Below, in pieces: positions 47,157 through 56,782 of a DNA stretch of 64,000 nt. Source of the DNA: Clostridia bacterium (lineage in GTDB: Bacteria; Bacillota; Clostridia; JAAYHZ01); assembly GCA_050950825.1 (NCBI GenBank), contig JBMNIH010000004.1, forward strand, positions 352,001 to 416,000. Direction: 5' to 3'. The notes under the pieces were generated by a model, which saw nothing but the letters and a program-made list of their open reading frames with translations, ran no database searches and was not told the origin of the DNA. The translations under genes were made by a program, and so were the position numbers. Numbering within the stretch: position 1 is the stretch's first letter; each line of letters begins with the position of its first letter.

Positions 47157-47753
47157 ATGGATAAGGATAAGAATATCGTTTGGAGCAAGGACCAAGTCAG
47201 TTACGAAAGACGCTGCGAAATTTTAGGACAAAAAGGCTTGACGGTCTGGTTTACGGGGTTGTCCGGATCGGGCAAATCCACCGTTGCCATAGAGCTTCAG
47301 AAAAAATTAACGGAAGAAAATTTTGTCTGCTACCGTCTGGACGGAGACAATATTCGACACGGGTTAAACTCGGACCTTGGCTTCGGTGAAAAAGACCGGG
47401 AAGAAAACCTCCGCCGCATTGCCGAGGTGGCGGCTTTGTTTCAGGATGCCGGTTTGATAACGTTGGTATCCTTTATCTCGCCTTATGAAAAAATGAGGCG
47501 TTTCGCACGCTCGAGAACAAGAGAAAACGCTTTCTTGTTGGTATACGTCAAATCATCCTTGGAAACATGCATCCAAAGGGATGTAAAAGGGCTGTACAAA
47601 AAAGCTTTGGCAGGAGAAATATCGGATTTTACCGGAGTCTCGGCTCCTTACGAAGAACCGGAAAACCCGGATATCGTATTAGATACCGATGTATTGACCG
47701 TAGAGGAATGTGTGGAAAGGTTATACCGTCTGATTGTGGAAAAAGTCCGTTAA
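47157..47753 (+). CDS. cysC: Adenylyl-sulfate kinase
   Basis: WFTGLSGSGKST, LDGDNIRHGL, SFISPY, RDVKGLY, FTGVSAPYEEP. Confidence 0.96.
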   Translation: MDKDKNIVWSKDQVSYERRCEILGQKGLTVWFTGLSGSGKSTVAIELQKKLTEENFVCYRLDGDNIRHGLNSDLGFGEKDREENLRRIAEVAALFQDAGLITLVSFISPYEKMRRFARSRTRENAFLLVYVKSSLETCIQRDVKGLYKKALAGEISDFTGVSAPYEEPENPDIVLDTDVLTVEECVERLYRLIVEKVR

Positions 47754-47908
47754 GGATGATATATATTGAATTTTTTGCTTATTTCGAAACCCGGCCTCGT
47801 GTTGACTAAAATTCGGTACCGGTTATAATTATTAATATTAACAAGAAATTATTTCATGTATATATACCATTATCTATCGTAAAGTGCTGTAAAAGGAGTG
47901 ATTTTTGA

Positions 47909-49786
47909 ATGGTAAGAGAAAAAGGGAACTTATCCGTAAATACCGAGAATATTTTTCCCATCATAAAAAAATGGTTGTATTCGGACAAAGACATCTTTTT
48001 AAGAGAAATTTTATCCAATGCAGTGGATGCCATTGAAAAACATAGAAGATTGGTAAGCTTAGGAGAAGCCGCAGGAGACGGCGGTGAATACCGTATTGAC
48101 GTAAAAGTCAGCAAAAAAAACAAAACCATCGAGGTTTCCGACAACGGAATCGGTATGACCGCCGACGAAGTGAAACGGTATATCAATGAGATCGCATTCT
48201 CCGGAGCGAAAGAGTTTTTGGAGAAATATAAAAACGATAAGGACGATTCCGGAAGAATCATCGGCCATTTCGGTTTGGGCTTTTATTCGTCTTTCATGGT
48301 TTCGGATAAGGTGGAAATCGACACCTTGTCTTACCAAGAAGGGGCACAACCGGTCAAATGGGCTAGCGACGGCGGGACGACCTACGAGATGGAGGAAGGA
48401 ACGAGAAAAAACAGAGGCACCACTGTTATCATGCACATTTCCGATGCCGATAAAGACATTTGTGAGGAGTACAAGGTCCGAGAAATTATTCAAAAATACT
48501 GCTCTTTTATGCCTTACGGCATCTATTTGACAAATGCGGACGATAAAAAATCGAAAGAGGATCAAAAGGAAGAAAAACCTTTGAATAATACTCGCCCTCT
48601 GTATATGAAAAATCCCGGAGATTGCACGGAGGAGGAATACAAGGAATTCTATAAGGAAGTATTCTTCGATTTTAACGATCCTCTTTTTTGGATCCATTTG
48701 AATATGGATTATCCCTTTAATTTGAACGGCATATTGTATTTCCCGAAGCTTAAAAACGAGTTCGAATTGAACGAAGGACGTATCAAGCTTTATTACAATC
48801 AAGTCTTCGTAGCCGACAACATCAAAGAAGTGATACCGGAATTTTTACTGCTGTTAAAAGGCGTTATCGATTGTCCGGACCTTCCTTTGAACGTATCGAG
48901 AAGCTTCTTACAAAATGACGGCTATGTTCAAAAGATTTCATCCACCATTACAAGAAGAGTGGCGGACAAGCTTAAATCTTTGTATAATAAGGAAAGAGAT
49001 ACGTATAACAAATATTGGGATGACATCCATCCCTTCGTGAAATACGGATGCATGCGGGAGGAAAAGTTTTACGATCGGGTCAAGGATATCGTCATATTTA
49101 AGACCTTATCCGATAAGTATTTGACGTTAGACGAATATTTGGATCAAAATAAAGATAAGCATAAGGATATCGTCTATTACGTCAGCGATGAAACCCAACA
49201 AGCCGGCTACATCAAGCTGTTTAAGGATATGGGCTTAGACGCCATTATCATGCCCCATATCATCGACAACCACTTCATGCAGTTCTTAGAAATGAAGAAC
49301 CATAATGTGAAGTTTAAGCGTGTAGATGCGGAGCTTGCTTCCGGCTTAAAGGGAGAAGAAATCGCGGCGGATGATAAAGAAGCGGCTTCGGAATACAAAT
49401 GCTTGGAAAAACTGTTTAAGGAAGCGACCGGCAACGACAAGTTAAAGATGAAGCTGGAAAACATCAAGAGCGACCAAATGACGGCTGTCATTCTGCAATC
49501 GGAAGAATCCAGAAGAATGAAGGATTTCGCTCGGTTATACAGCGGAATGAATATCCCTATACCGGAAGAGGACGATGAAACCTTGGTTCTCAACCGTAAT
49601 AACAAAGTGATCCGTAATTTGGTCCGTATGGCGGAGGACGAAAGCAAAAAAGAAACGGCGCTATTAATAGCGGCTCACGTATACGATATGGCTGTTTTGG
49701 GAAACAAACAGTTAGACGCAGAAAGGTTGAATAAGATTATCGAAAGGAGCAATATCATCCTTGGAAAAATCGCAGAAAGCGAATGA
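47909..49786 (+). CDS. htpG: Molecular chaperone HtpG (Hsp90)
   Basis: LYSDKDIFLRE..SNA.DA, DNGIGM, IGHFGLGFYS, DLPLNVSR. SigA-like promoter TTGACT-N16-TATAAT at 47802-47829. Confidence 0.96.
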   Translation: MVREKGNLSVNTENIFPIIKKWLYSDKDIFLREILSNAVDAIEKHRRLVSLGEAAGDGGEYRIDVKVSKKNKTIEVSDNGIGMTADEVKRYINEIAFSGAKEFLEKYKNDKDDSGRIIGHFGLGFYSSFMVSDKVEIDTLSYQEGAQPVKWASDGGTTYEMEEGTRKNRGTTVIMHISDADKDICEEYKVREIIQKYCSFMPYGIYLTNADDKKSKEDQKEEKPLNNTRPLYMKNPGDCTEEEYKEFYKEVFFDFNDPLFWIHLNMDYPFNLNGILYFPKLKNEFELNEGRIKLYYNQVFVADNIKEVIPEFLLLLKGVIDCPDLPLNVSRSFLQNDGYVQKISSTITRRVADKLKSLYNKERDTYNKYWDDIHPFVKYGCMREEKFYDRVKDIVIFKTLSDKYLTLDEYLDQNKDKHKDIVYYVSDETQQAGYIKLFKDMGLDAIIMPHIIDNHFMQFLEMKNHNVKFKRVDAELASGLKGEEIAADDKEAASEYKCLEKLFKEATGNDKLKMKLENIKSDQMTAVILQSEESRRMKDFARLYSGMNIPIPEEDDETLVLNRNNKVIRNLVRMAEDESKKETALLIAAHVYDMAVLGNKQLDAERLNKIIERSNIILGKIAESE

Positions 49787-50189
49787 GGTCCTTCTGATTA
49801 CCGTTAGAAATGACCTGCAAGCCGCTTTGGTTGAAAATTTATTAAAAGAGCAAAACATTTATTGTGCCAAAAGGCACTTACCTATGGGAGCAATCGCCTC
49901 TTTGTATACCGGTATGAGCAACTTGGGTATTGATATCTATGTGAACGAAGAGGACTTGGAAGCCGCAAAGGAGATTATCACCGTTTACGAGACGATGATC
50001 TCCGAAGAGGAATTGGAAAAACAGGTCTTGGAAAGTATAGAAAAAGAAGATGCGGAAACCTCTAAAAATGAGGATTCCGCATCGAATGATTATAAAGAGG
50101 CAGAAGGCGGAATCGGCAAGCCGTATCAATTTGCGGCGGGGCTTTTGCTCCTATTAATTATATTGCTGCTTTTAAGGATTCTAAGGTAA
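49761..50189 (+). CDS. DUF2007-like protein with C-terminal membrane anchor
   Basis: A..V..LL...NI...YTG.....IYV.EEDLEAAKEII pattern, acidic linker, terminal hydrophobic helix. Confidence 0.6.
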   Translation: MEKSQKANEVLLITVRNDLQAALVENLLKEQNIYCAKRHLPMGAIASLYTGMSNLGIDIYVNEEDLEAAKEIITVYETMISEEELEKQVLESIEKEDAETSKNEDSASNDYKEAEGGIGKPYQFAAGLLLLLIILLLLRILR

Positions 50190-50206
50190 GGTATGAATAT
50201 TATCAA

Positions 50207-51478
50207 ATGAAAAATATGAGAAAATATGATGTTTGTGTGGTGGGGTTAGGATATATAGGACTGCCTACGGCTCTTCTGTTTGCCAAATCCGGTAAAAAGG
50301 TGTTGGGATATGATATTTCCGCCGATACGGTTCAAAAGGTGAGAAACGGCGAACAGGGGAAGAATGAGCCTAATCTTAATGAATTATTAAAGGAATGCCT
50401 AAAAAACGGCAGTTTGACGGCCGATACCAAGCCGGATTTTGCCGATCTATACATTATCGCCGTTCCGACTCCTTTCAAAAACGATAAGGAACCGGACATG
50501 TCCTATGTACAATCGGCTTTCGAGGCCGTATTGCCTTATATCGAAAAAGGATGCTCCGTCGTTTTGGAATCGACATCACCGGTAGGTTCTACCGTCAAAT
50601 ACATTTGTGAACCCCTGGCTAAAAAAGGGTTCAAGCCCGGAGAAGATGTTTTCGTGGCTTACTCACCGGAGCGGGTTCTGCCCGGGAACATTTTGTTTGA
50701 GCTGGTTCATAACAACAGGATTGTGGGGGGAGTATCGGAAGAATCCTGTTTGAGAGTGAAGGAATATTACAAGCTTTTCGTAAAAGGGGATATCGAATTC
50801 ACCGATGCGAACACGGCGGAGATGTGTAAGCTTACGGAAAATGCATATAGGGATGTGAATATCGCTTTTGCCAACGAGATGGCGAAAATGTGCCAAGCTG
50901 CCGGCGTCAATGCTTGGGAAGTGCAGAAATTGTGCAATAAGCACCCTCGCGTCAATATTCTCATGCCCGGACCCGGTGTAGGAGGCCACTGCATCGCCGT
51001 GGATCCTTGGTTTTTGGTCAGCAGCTTTCCCGAAGCAACCCGGTTGATAGCGACAAGCCGAAACGTGAACGATTCCATGCCCCTTTTTGCAGCCGAACAA
51101 ATCGACAAAATATTAGGGGACACAAGCCGCAAAATATCGATTTTAGGGATTACTTACAAGCCGGATGTGGACGATGTTCGTGAAAGTCCCGTATTAAAGA
51201 TAGCGGAGATATTACGGCAAAAGGGATATGAAGTCGCCATTCACGATCCTCTTGTTGCACCGGGTAAGTATGCCAATACGGATTTGGAAGTATGCCTTCA
51301 AGATTCCGATATGCTTGTCATCGGGGTTAATCATAAAGCTTTTAAAAACTTGGATTTGCAAAAAGTATTTTCATTAATGAGAACCAAAGTTATATATGAC
51401 ACCCGAAACTTTATAGACAGAACCGAAGCCAATAAAGCCGGTTTTGCCTATTATCTGTTAGGTTGCGGAAGCGAATAA
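50207..51478 (+). CDS. wecC: Nucleotide-sugar dehydrogenase (UDP-ManNAc dehydrogenase WecC-like)
   Basis: GLGYIGLPTA, AVPTP, LESTSP, PERVLPG, KLTENAYRDVNIAFANE, PGPGVGGHCIAVDP, KPDVDDVRESP. Confidence 0.85.
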   Translation: MKNMRKYDVCVVGLGYIGLPTALLFAKSGKKVLGYDISADTVQKVRNGEQGKNEPNLNELLKECLKNGSLTADTKPDFADLYIIAVPTPFKNDKEPDMSYVQSAFEAVLPYIEKGCSVVLESTSPVGSTVKYICEPLAKKGFKPGEDVFVAYSPERVLPGNILFELVHNNRIVGGVSEESCLRVKEYYKLFVKGDIEFTDANTAEMCKLTENAYRDVNIAFANEMAKMCQAAGVNAWEVQKLCNKHPRVNILMPGPGVGGHCIAVDPWFLVSSFPEATRLIATSRNVNDSMPLFAAEQIDKILGDTSRKISILGITYKPDVDDVRESPVLKIAEILRQKGYEVAIHDPLVAPGKYANTDLEVCLQDSDMLVIGVNHKAFKNLDLQKVFSLMRTKVIYDTRNFIDRTEANKAGFAYYLLGCGSE

Positions 51479-51496
51479 TAAAGCAGAGGTAAGTTG

Positions 51497-53326
51497 ATGA
51501 TGCGAATGAAAAGGTACGATCGTAAGCGAAAGGGAAAAAGAACAGGAAAGAGCGAATTACCGAAATGGCTATGGGTTCTGCCCTTTTTCATTGGAGCCGG
51601 TATCGTTCCTGCCGTCGTACGAGGCAAAGTCGTCCGATTGTATGAAAAGGCTTTGGAGCTATGGCAAACCCAAGAGGGGCTGACATTTGATTTTTTCTCC
51701 TATCAAAAAGCCGTCTTTTTGGTATACGCCGGATTCATAGCATTGGCATTACTCATCTTCAAGAAAGTGAAAGAAGGGTTTTCGGATAACGATTACCGTC
51801 CCTATTTCATTCCGCTTGCGGCTTATGCTCTCTTCGTCATTTTATCCACCCTGTTCAGTCCGTACCCGAAAACATCCTTGAACGGTTTTCATAACCGGTA
51901 CGAAGGAATGTTGATGTTGCTGAGCTATATTTTACTCGCATTAGCCGCCATGCTTGTTTTGGACAAGGAGGAACGGATCAAGACGGTCTTATGGTTTATT
52001 GCAATTCCGTCTTTTCTCGTGACCGGTATCGGAGTGCTGCAGTTTTTCCGACTGGATCCGTTTCGTTCCGCTATCGGGCAATGGTTCATCATGAATGCTC
52101 GCATGTACGCCCAAAGAGATCTATTCTCCGTGGTGTTCAACCCCGGGCATGTTTATTCCACATTGTTTAATCCCAATTACGTAGGTAGTTATTGCGCCTT
52201 AATGATTCCCGTCTTTTGCGGATTGCTTATGTATGAAAAAAAGATTTGGAAAAAAGCTTTGCTTGTTATCGGACTTGTATTCGGAATCATCAACATATAC
52301 GGATCAAGGTCAACGGCAGGCTTGGTAGGACTGTTAGCCTTCGCAGCACTTACGGCCGTCTTTCTTTTGGCTTCAAGGCTTCGAAAGCATCCTGCAGCCA
52401 TTTTCTCTTTTATGACGGTATTCGCCGTGGCGGCCGGCTTGTTTTTGTTTGTCAACTTGACCGATTACAAAGGTTTGGGTGTGATACCGGATCTTAAAAT
52501 CGAGTATAGGGGAGACAATCCCGATTATATCCGTGATATTCAAATTTCGGGTTCTGCCATGGTTATCGACAGAGTAGGCGGGAAAATCGAGGTCCAAAAC
52601 AACATGGGGAAGCTTTCCTTTTACGATGATGCCAAAAAGCCGTTAGATGCCCATTATTACAACGGAAAGTATACTCTTGCGGATTCAAGGTATTCTCGTA
52701 TGGCATTTACGATATCGCCCGACAATATGAAGCTTACCGTCCATGTTTCGCCTTTATCCTCGTTTACCGTTACCATGGATGCCCACAACTTTTACGATTT
52801 TGTTGGTCCTTTGGATAAATCCGTTGCGATGGACAGACCGGCTTCTTGGTTCTTTGACGGGTATGAAAAGATCGGAAGCGGCAGGGGATACATTTGGAGC
52901 CGTTCGCTGCCTTTGATGTTTACAAAACGTCCCCTTTTGGGGACAGGTCCGGATACCTACGCTTACGTTTTCCCGCAAAATGATATTATCGGGAAGATGA
53001 ACTCCGGTTTTGATGATAACAAAATCTTGGTTGATAAACCGCATAACATGTATATACAGATCGGAATCAATACAGGTTTGCTTTCGCTGTTATCGATTAT
53101 CGTTTTGTTTGTTGTTTTCATCGTCCAAGCGTTTCGTTTGTATTGGAGAGCGGAGTCGAAGGACAGTCTCTTCTATTTGGGCATGTTCTTATCGGCGGGC
53201 TGCTTCGGGTATATGGTGACGGCTTTGTTTAATGACAGCACCGTTTCGGTGGCGCCTTTGTTTTGGGTTCTTTTCGGTTGTTCCGTTTCCATCGGCCATA
53301 TCCTTAAAAAACGGAAAGAGGCATAA
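51497..53326 (+). CDS. O-antigen ligase (Wzy_C)-family membrane protein
   Basis: Multi-TM; NPNY, SGRGYIW, LGTGPDT, KPHNMY motifs. Confidence 0.85.
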   Translation: MMRMKRYDRKRKGKRTGKSELPKWLWVLPFFIGAGIVPAVVRGKVVRLYEKALELWQTQEGLTFDFFSYQKAVFLVYAGFIALALLIFKKVKEGFSDNDYRPYFIPLAAYALFVILSTLFSPYPKTSLNGFHNRYEGMLMLLSYILLALAAMLVLDKEERIKTVLWFIAIPSFLVTGIGVLQFFRLDPFRSAIGQWFIMNARMYAQRDLFSVVFNPGHVYSTLFNPNYVGSYCALMIPVFCGLLMYEKKIWKKALLVIGLVFGIINIYGSRSTAGLVGLLAFAALTAVFLLASRLRKHPAAIFSFMTVFAVAAGLFLFVNLTDYKGLGVIPDLKIEYRGDNPDYIRDIQISGSAMVIDRVGGKIEVQNNMGKLSFYDDAKKPLDAHYYNGKYTLADSRYSRMAFTISPDNMKLTVHVSPLSSFTVTMDAHNFYDFVGPLDKSVAMDRPASWFFDGYEKIGSGRGYIWSRSLPLMFTKRPLLGTGPDTYAYVFPQNDIIGKMNSGFDDNKILVDKPHNMYIQIGINTGLLSLLSIIVLFVVFIVQAFRLYWRAESKDSLFYLGMFLSAGCFGYMVTALFNDSTVSVAPLFWVLFGCSVSIGHILKKRKEA

Positions 53327-53475
53327 AATCCATGAAAAGATGATACTGAAGAGGAAAATAAAAGTGATTCGATGAATTCGTAAAGTCAGGTAAAATAGAC
53401 TTGCGAAATTAAAAAGACCGGCATATGATATTATATGTCAAATTTCAAAAGATTGAGAGTACGGGGGAATATTAT

Positions 53476-54591
53476 ATGATAACTGTATCAACACCGAGCA
53501 GGATCTGTTTGTTTGGTGAGCATCAAGATTATTTAGGACTCGAAGTTATTGCAGCTGCGATAAATCTAAGGTTTTACGCGAAGATTTCCAGAAGAGACGA
53601 TAATATTGTACGTATTAAAATTCGTGATGAACGTATCAACACTTTGAATCAAGACAATACGGAACATCTCTATGAAATCAAAACCATCGATTTATCAAAA
53701 CCCATTACATACGACCATAATAGAGACTACTTAAAAAGCACGGTCAATCTGCTGTTGAAGAAGGGATACGATCTGAACGGTGGTTTTGATATCGTTATGG
53801 ACTCCGAAATACCGATAGGAAAAGGGATGTCTTCATCCAGCACCATGATCATCGCTTTAATCAAATCCATTCTTGAAATCATTGATTCCGAAGACAAGAA
53901 CAAACCGGAAAAGATTGCAATGTTAGGCTTTTTAGCCGAAGTTGCCGAATTTAACGAACCCGGCGGCATGATGGATCATTATACGTCGGCTCTCGGTGAA
54001 TTGGTACATTTGAACTTTAAAAACGGAGAAACCGTTGTCAATAATATTGATAAAAAGATTCCCGGTAGCTTTATCTTGTTTGACTCTATGGAAGTGAAAA
54101 ACACGACCAAGGTTTTGGCTGATGCCAAGTTTCCGGTGTTAAAAGCTTTGGAAGAATTAAAGCCGAAAGGAATCAACAGCATCCGAGATTTTAAAGACAA
54201 TCCGGAGCTGATTTCCTATGTTGATGAACTGGATCCCGTTTTAAGCAAGAAATTGAAAGCAAGCATTGACAATTTCATGATCCTGAACGAAGCACGCCAA
54301 ATGCTGTCTAACGGCGGTTTTGATGACGAGTGGTTCGGCGATTTGATCTATCGCCATCACTGCAATTTAAGAGACGGTTTAGGAACCTCCACTCCTAAAA
54401 TCGAACGTATTTTGGACGTTGCCATATCGGCAGGCGCCTTAGGCGGAAAAGTAAACGGTTCGGGCGGAGGCGGCTGCTGCTTTGTCTATACACGTGAAGG
54501 AGACGGAGAGCGGATATTGGAAGCCGTAAAAAAAGAAGGTTATCCCGGTAGAATTTTAAACCAAGATAACGGTGTAAGAAGGGATAGATAA
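53476..54591 (+). CDS. GHMP-family sugar kinase (galactokinase-like)
   Basis: PSRICLFGEHQDY, IPIGKGMSSSS, GSGGGGC. ATG 53476 after GGGGG RBS. Confidence 0.85.
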   Translation: MITVSTPSRICLFGEHQDYLGLEVIAAAINLRFYAKISRRDDNIVRIKIRDERINTLNQDNTEHLYEIKTIDLSKPITYDHNRDYLKSTVNLLLKKGYDLNGGFDIVMDSEIPIGKGMSSSSTMIIALIKSILEIIDSEDKNKPEKIAMLGFLAEVAEFNEPGGMMDHYTSALGELVHLNFKNGETVVNNIDKKIPGSFILFDSMEVKNTTKVLADAKFPVLKALEELKPKGINSIRDFKDNPELISYVDELDPVLSKKLKASIDNFMILNEARQMLSNGGFDDEWFGDLIYRHHCNLRDGLGTSTPKIERILDVAISAGALGGKVNGSGGGGCCFVYTREGDGERILEAVKKEGYPGRILNQDNGVRRDR

Positions 54592-54883
54592 AACATTATT
54601 TAAGGTTTTTGGGTACAGGCCGGTTTTTCGTATTGTCATTTTCCGTAAACGAAAGATCGGCTTGTTCTGTTCTCTTAAGATTGTTCATGGGAATGGTGAT
54701 CATTTTTTTCGATCTGAATAATCTCATGGGGAAGCTCCTTTCCGTTGCAATATTCTGTTACCGGTTATTCTAACCTGTTTGCCATAACCTATACATTTCC
54801 TTAAAGATAAAAGATAATAGAAAAATACGTACGTATTGTTCGGATAAATGGTATAATCAATAAAAAATACGGGTGTGTGACAT

Positions 54884-56110
54884 ATGAGCAAAGATATCGC
54901 AATACTTCGAGATTTGGCAAAACAATATTCGGAAATCTCCCGAAAAGAGATTCAGGAACAGAGAAGAATGCTGTGGGCTGCTCACAATGCATTCAAAGAG
55001 GTGCGTCCTCCTATCTATATTCGCCATGCGGCATGGTTACTTGAAGCGGTAGGAGATCAAATGCAGTGTGAGGATCCGTTTTACCGACGATACGAGTATT
55101 TCATACGCAGTGCCATTTTTCATGACACTTTGGCCGACGATTATATCATCGAGCCTTGGATAACCCAACAGGCGATTTACGATACGACGGGAGAGGATAT
55201 ATGGGGATTACCGGTGAAAAGGATTCATACGGAAAAGAAAAGCGTTACGAAATATATTCATCCTTTAAAGGACCCGGAAGACTTCCATAAGATGACGGTT
55301 CCCGATCATCGGATCAATTGGGAAAAGACCAATGCCGCTTTCGACAGGTTGACGGATGCGATAGGGGATATCGTCGAGGTACGGCTGGATACGACTCCGC
55401 TGCTTAACGGATTCTTTGGGGATCTGTCAACGGTATTCGGGCGGTTAAGAGGATTCGAACAGATGCTGTGGGACATGGTGGACAACCCGGAATGGCTCCA
55501 TCAAGTGATGGCTTTTATGAGGGACGGCGTGCTGAGAGTTCAACAGCAAGCGGAAGATGCAGGACACTACACATTACTCAGCAGCGAAAACCAATCCATG
55601 CCCTATTTGGAAGGCTTAGAGCCCGTGAATGCCCACCGCCGTCCGGTTAAACGAAGTGAAATTTGGGGATTTATGGCGGCTCAGGAGTTTGCGGGAGTTT
55701 CTCCGCAAATGCATGAAGAATTTTTGCTTCAATACCAAATGCCCATCATGGAAAAGTTCGGCGCCATAGCTTACGGATGCTGCGAAGATTATACGTACAA
55801 AATCGATATGCTGAGAAAGATCAAGAATTTGAGGCGAATTGCCGTTTCGCCTTTTGCAAATACGGAAAAATGCGCCGAACAGATCGGAAGGGATTATATC
55901 GTATCATGGAGGCCGAGCCCGTCCGCTATGGTATCATCGCAGTTTGACCCTGCCTATATTAAAAAACACGTAACGGAAAACATAAAGATTTTTCAAAAGT
56001 ACAACTGTCGTTTTGATATTTGCCTGAAGGATATTGAAACCATTCAAAATGAACCGAGAAGAATCGTGGAATTTTCGAGAATCGTAAGGGAATTGACGGA
56101 AACGCTATAA
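54884..56110 (+). CDS. URO-D/MtaA-like TIM-barrel protein (paralogue of 18913-20154)
   Basis: DIAILRDLAKQY, LRGFEQMLWDMVDNPEWLH, AQEFAGVSPQMHEEF, YGCCED, IAVSPFAN. Confidence 0.65.
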   Translation: MSKDIAILRDLAKQYSEISRKEIQEQRRMLWAAHNAFKEVRPPIYIRHAAWLLEAVGDQMQCEDPFYRRYEYFIRSAIFHDTLADDYIIEPWITQQAIYDTTGEDIWGLPVKRIHTEKKSVTKYIHPLKDPEDFHKMTVPDHRINWEKTNAAFDRLTDAIGDIVEVRLDTTPLLNGFFGDLSTVFGRLRGFEQMLWDMVDNPEWLHQVMAFMRDGVLRVQQQAEDAGHYTLLSSENQSMPYLEGLEPVNAHRRPVKRSEIWGFMAAQEFAGVSPQMHEEFLLQYQMPIMEKFGAIAYGCCEDYTYKIDMLRKIKNLRRIAVSPFANTEKCAEQIGRDYIVSWRPSPSAMVSSQFDPAYIKKHVTENIKIFQKYNCRFDICLKDIETIQNEPRRIVEFSRIVRELTETL

Positions 56111-56141
56111 GCAGAATTGTTGACATGAAAAAAGATAAAAT

Positions 56142-56175
56142 AAAAAGCTGCCCTGCCAAGGGCAGCTTAATTTTC
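56142..56175. terminator. Bidirectional terminator
   Basis: AAGCTGCCC-N7-GGGCAGCTT between convergent genes. Confidence 0.7.
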
Positions 56176-56380
56176 AATCATCGAAGTACATATTGTCCGT
56201 AAAATCATCATGGAAGTAATCCGAAGGATCGTTCATTACTTGCCGATAATAGGCATTGGTTGTAAAACCAAAGGCTTGTGTTCTGTTTTTACCGTATCGA
56301 AAATACCGCTTTCTTTTTGTATAAAAGCCGGTCGGACCCGGGAAAGACCCTCTGCCGTCTAAAAAAATATCCTCTTTCAT
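56174..56380 (-). CDS. Small hypothetical protein (68 aa)
   Basis: Strong RBS GGAGGT 5 nt before ATG; ends at a bidirectional terminator. Confidence 0.55.
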   Translation of the reverse strand: MKEDIFLDGRGSFPGPTGFYTKRKRYFRYGKNRTQAFGFTTNAYYRQVMNDPSDYFHDDFTDNMYFDD

Positions 56381-56622
56381 GTGCTACCTCCATAAAATTA
56401 AATAAGCCGATTTCTTTTGTACATAACACTATCTATTTTTTCTATTTTTCTGCGATTTATGAAAGGGTTATATTCTTAATCGAACCTAATACTTCATACG
56501 GTAAAAAATGTTGACATAAATTAAAAAGCTCGAAAATAAAACGAACAAAAACCTAATATGCATCATATAATTTACTGATAAGTATAACTGACACAATACG
56601 ATAATTGTGACTGCTCCCCTGA

Positions 56623-56660
56623 CGAACGCCGGCTTCTGCCGGCGTTTGTTCGCTGTTTTA
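56623..56660 (+). terminator. Orphan GC-rich terminator-like hairpin (possible sRNA 3' end)
   Basis: GAACGCCGGC-ttct-GCCGGCGTTT followed by T-rich tail, in a divergent intergenic region with no upstream + strand CDS. Confidence 0.5.
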
Positions 56661-56782
56661 TCATTTTTTTATTTTATTCATTATTTTATTCAAGATCGAA
56701 TAAAATGCTCCGATCATTTTGAATAATATTGAAATATGCGGATAAGCTATGTTCAAAACTATTTGGAGGTTTTTTTAAAAAA

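Noticed and set aside
47860-47900. CIRCE element upstream of htpG
   Set aside because: Only a partial right-arm resemblance (AAGTGCTG); no TTAGCACTC left arm.
48059-48802. 247-aa ORF antisense to htpG
   Set aside because: Long antisense frames commonly arise from codon bias; no independent signals.
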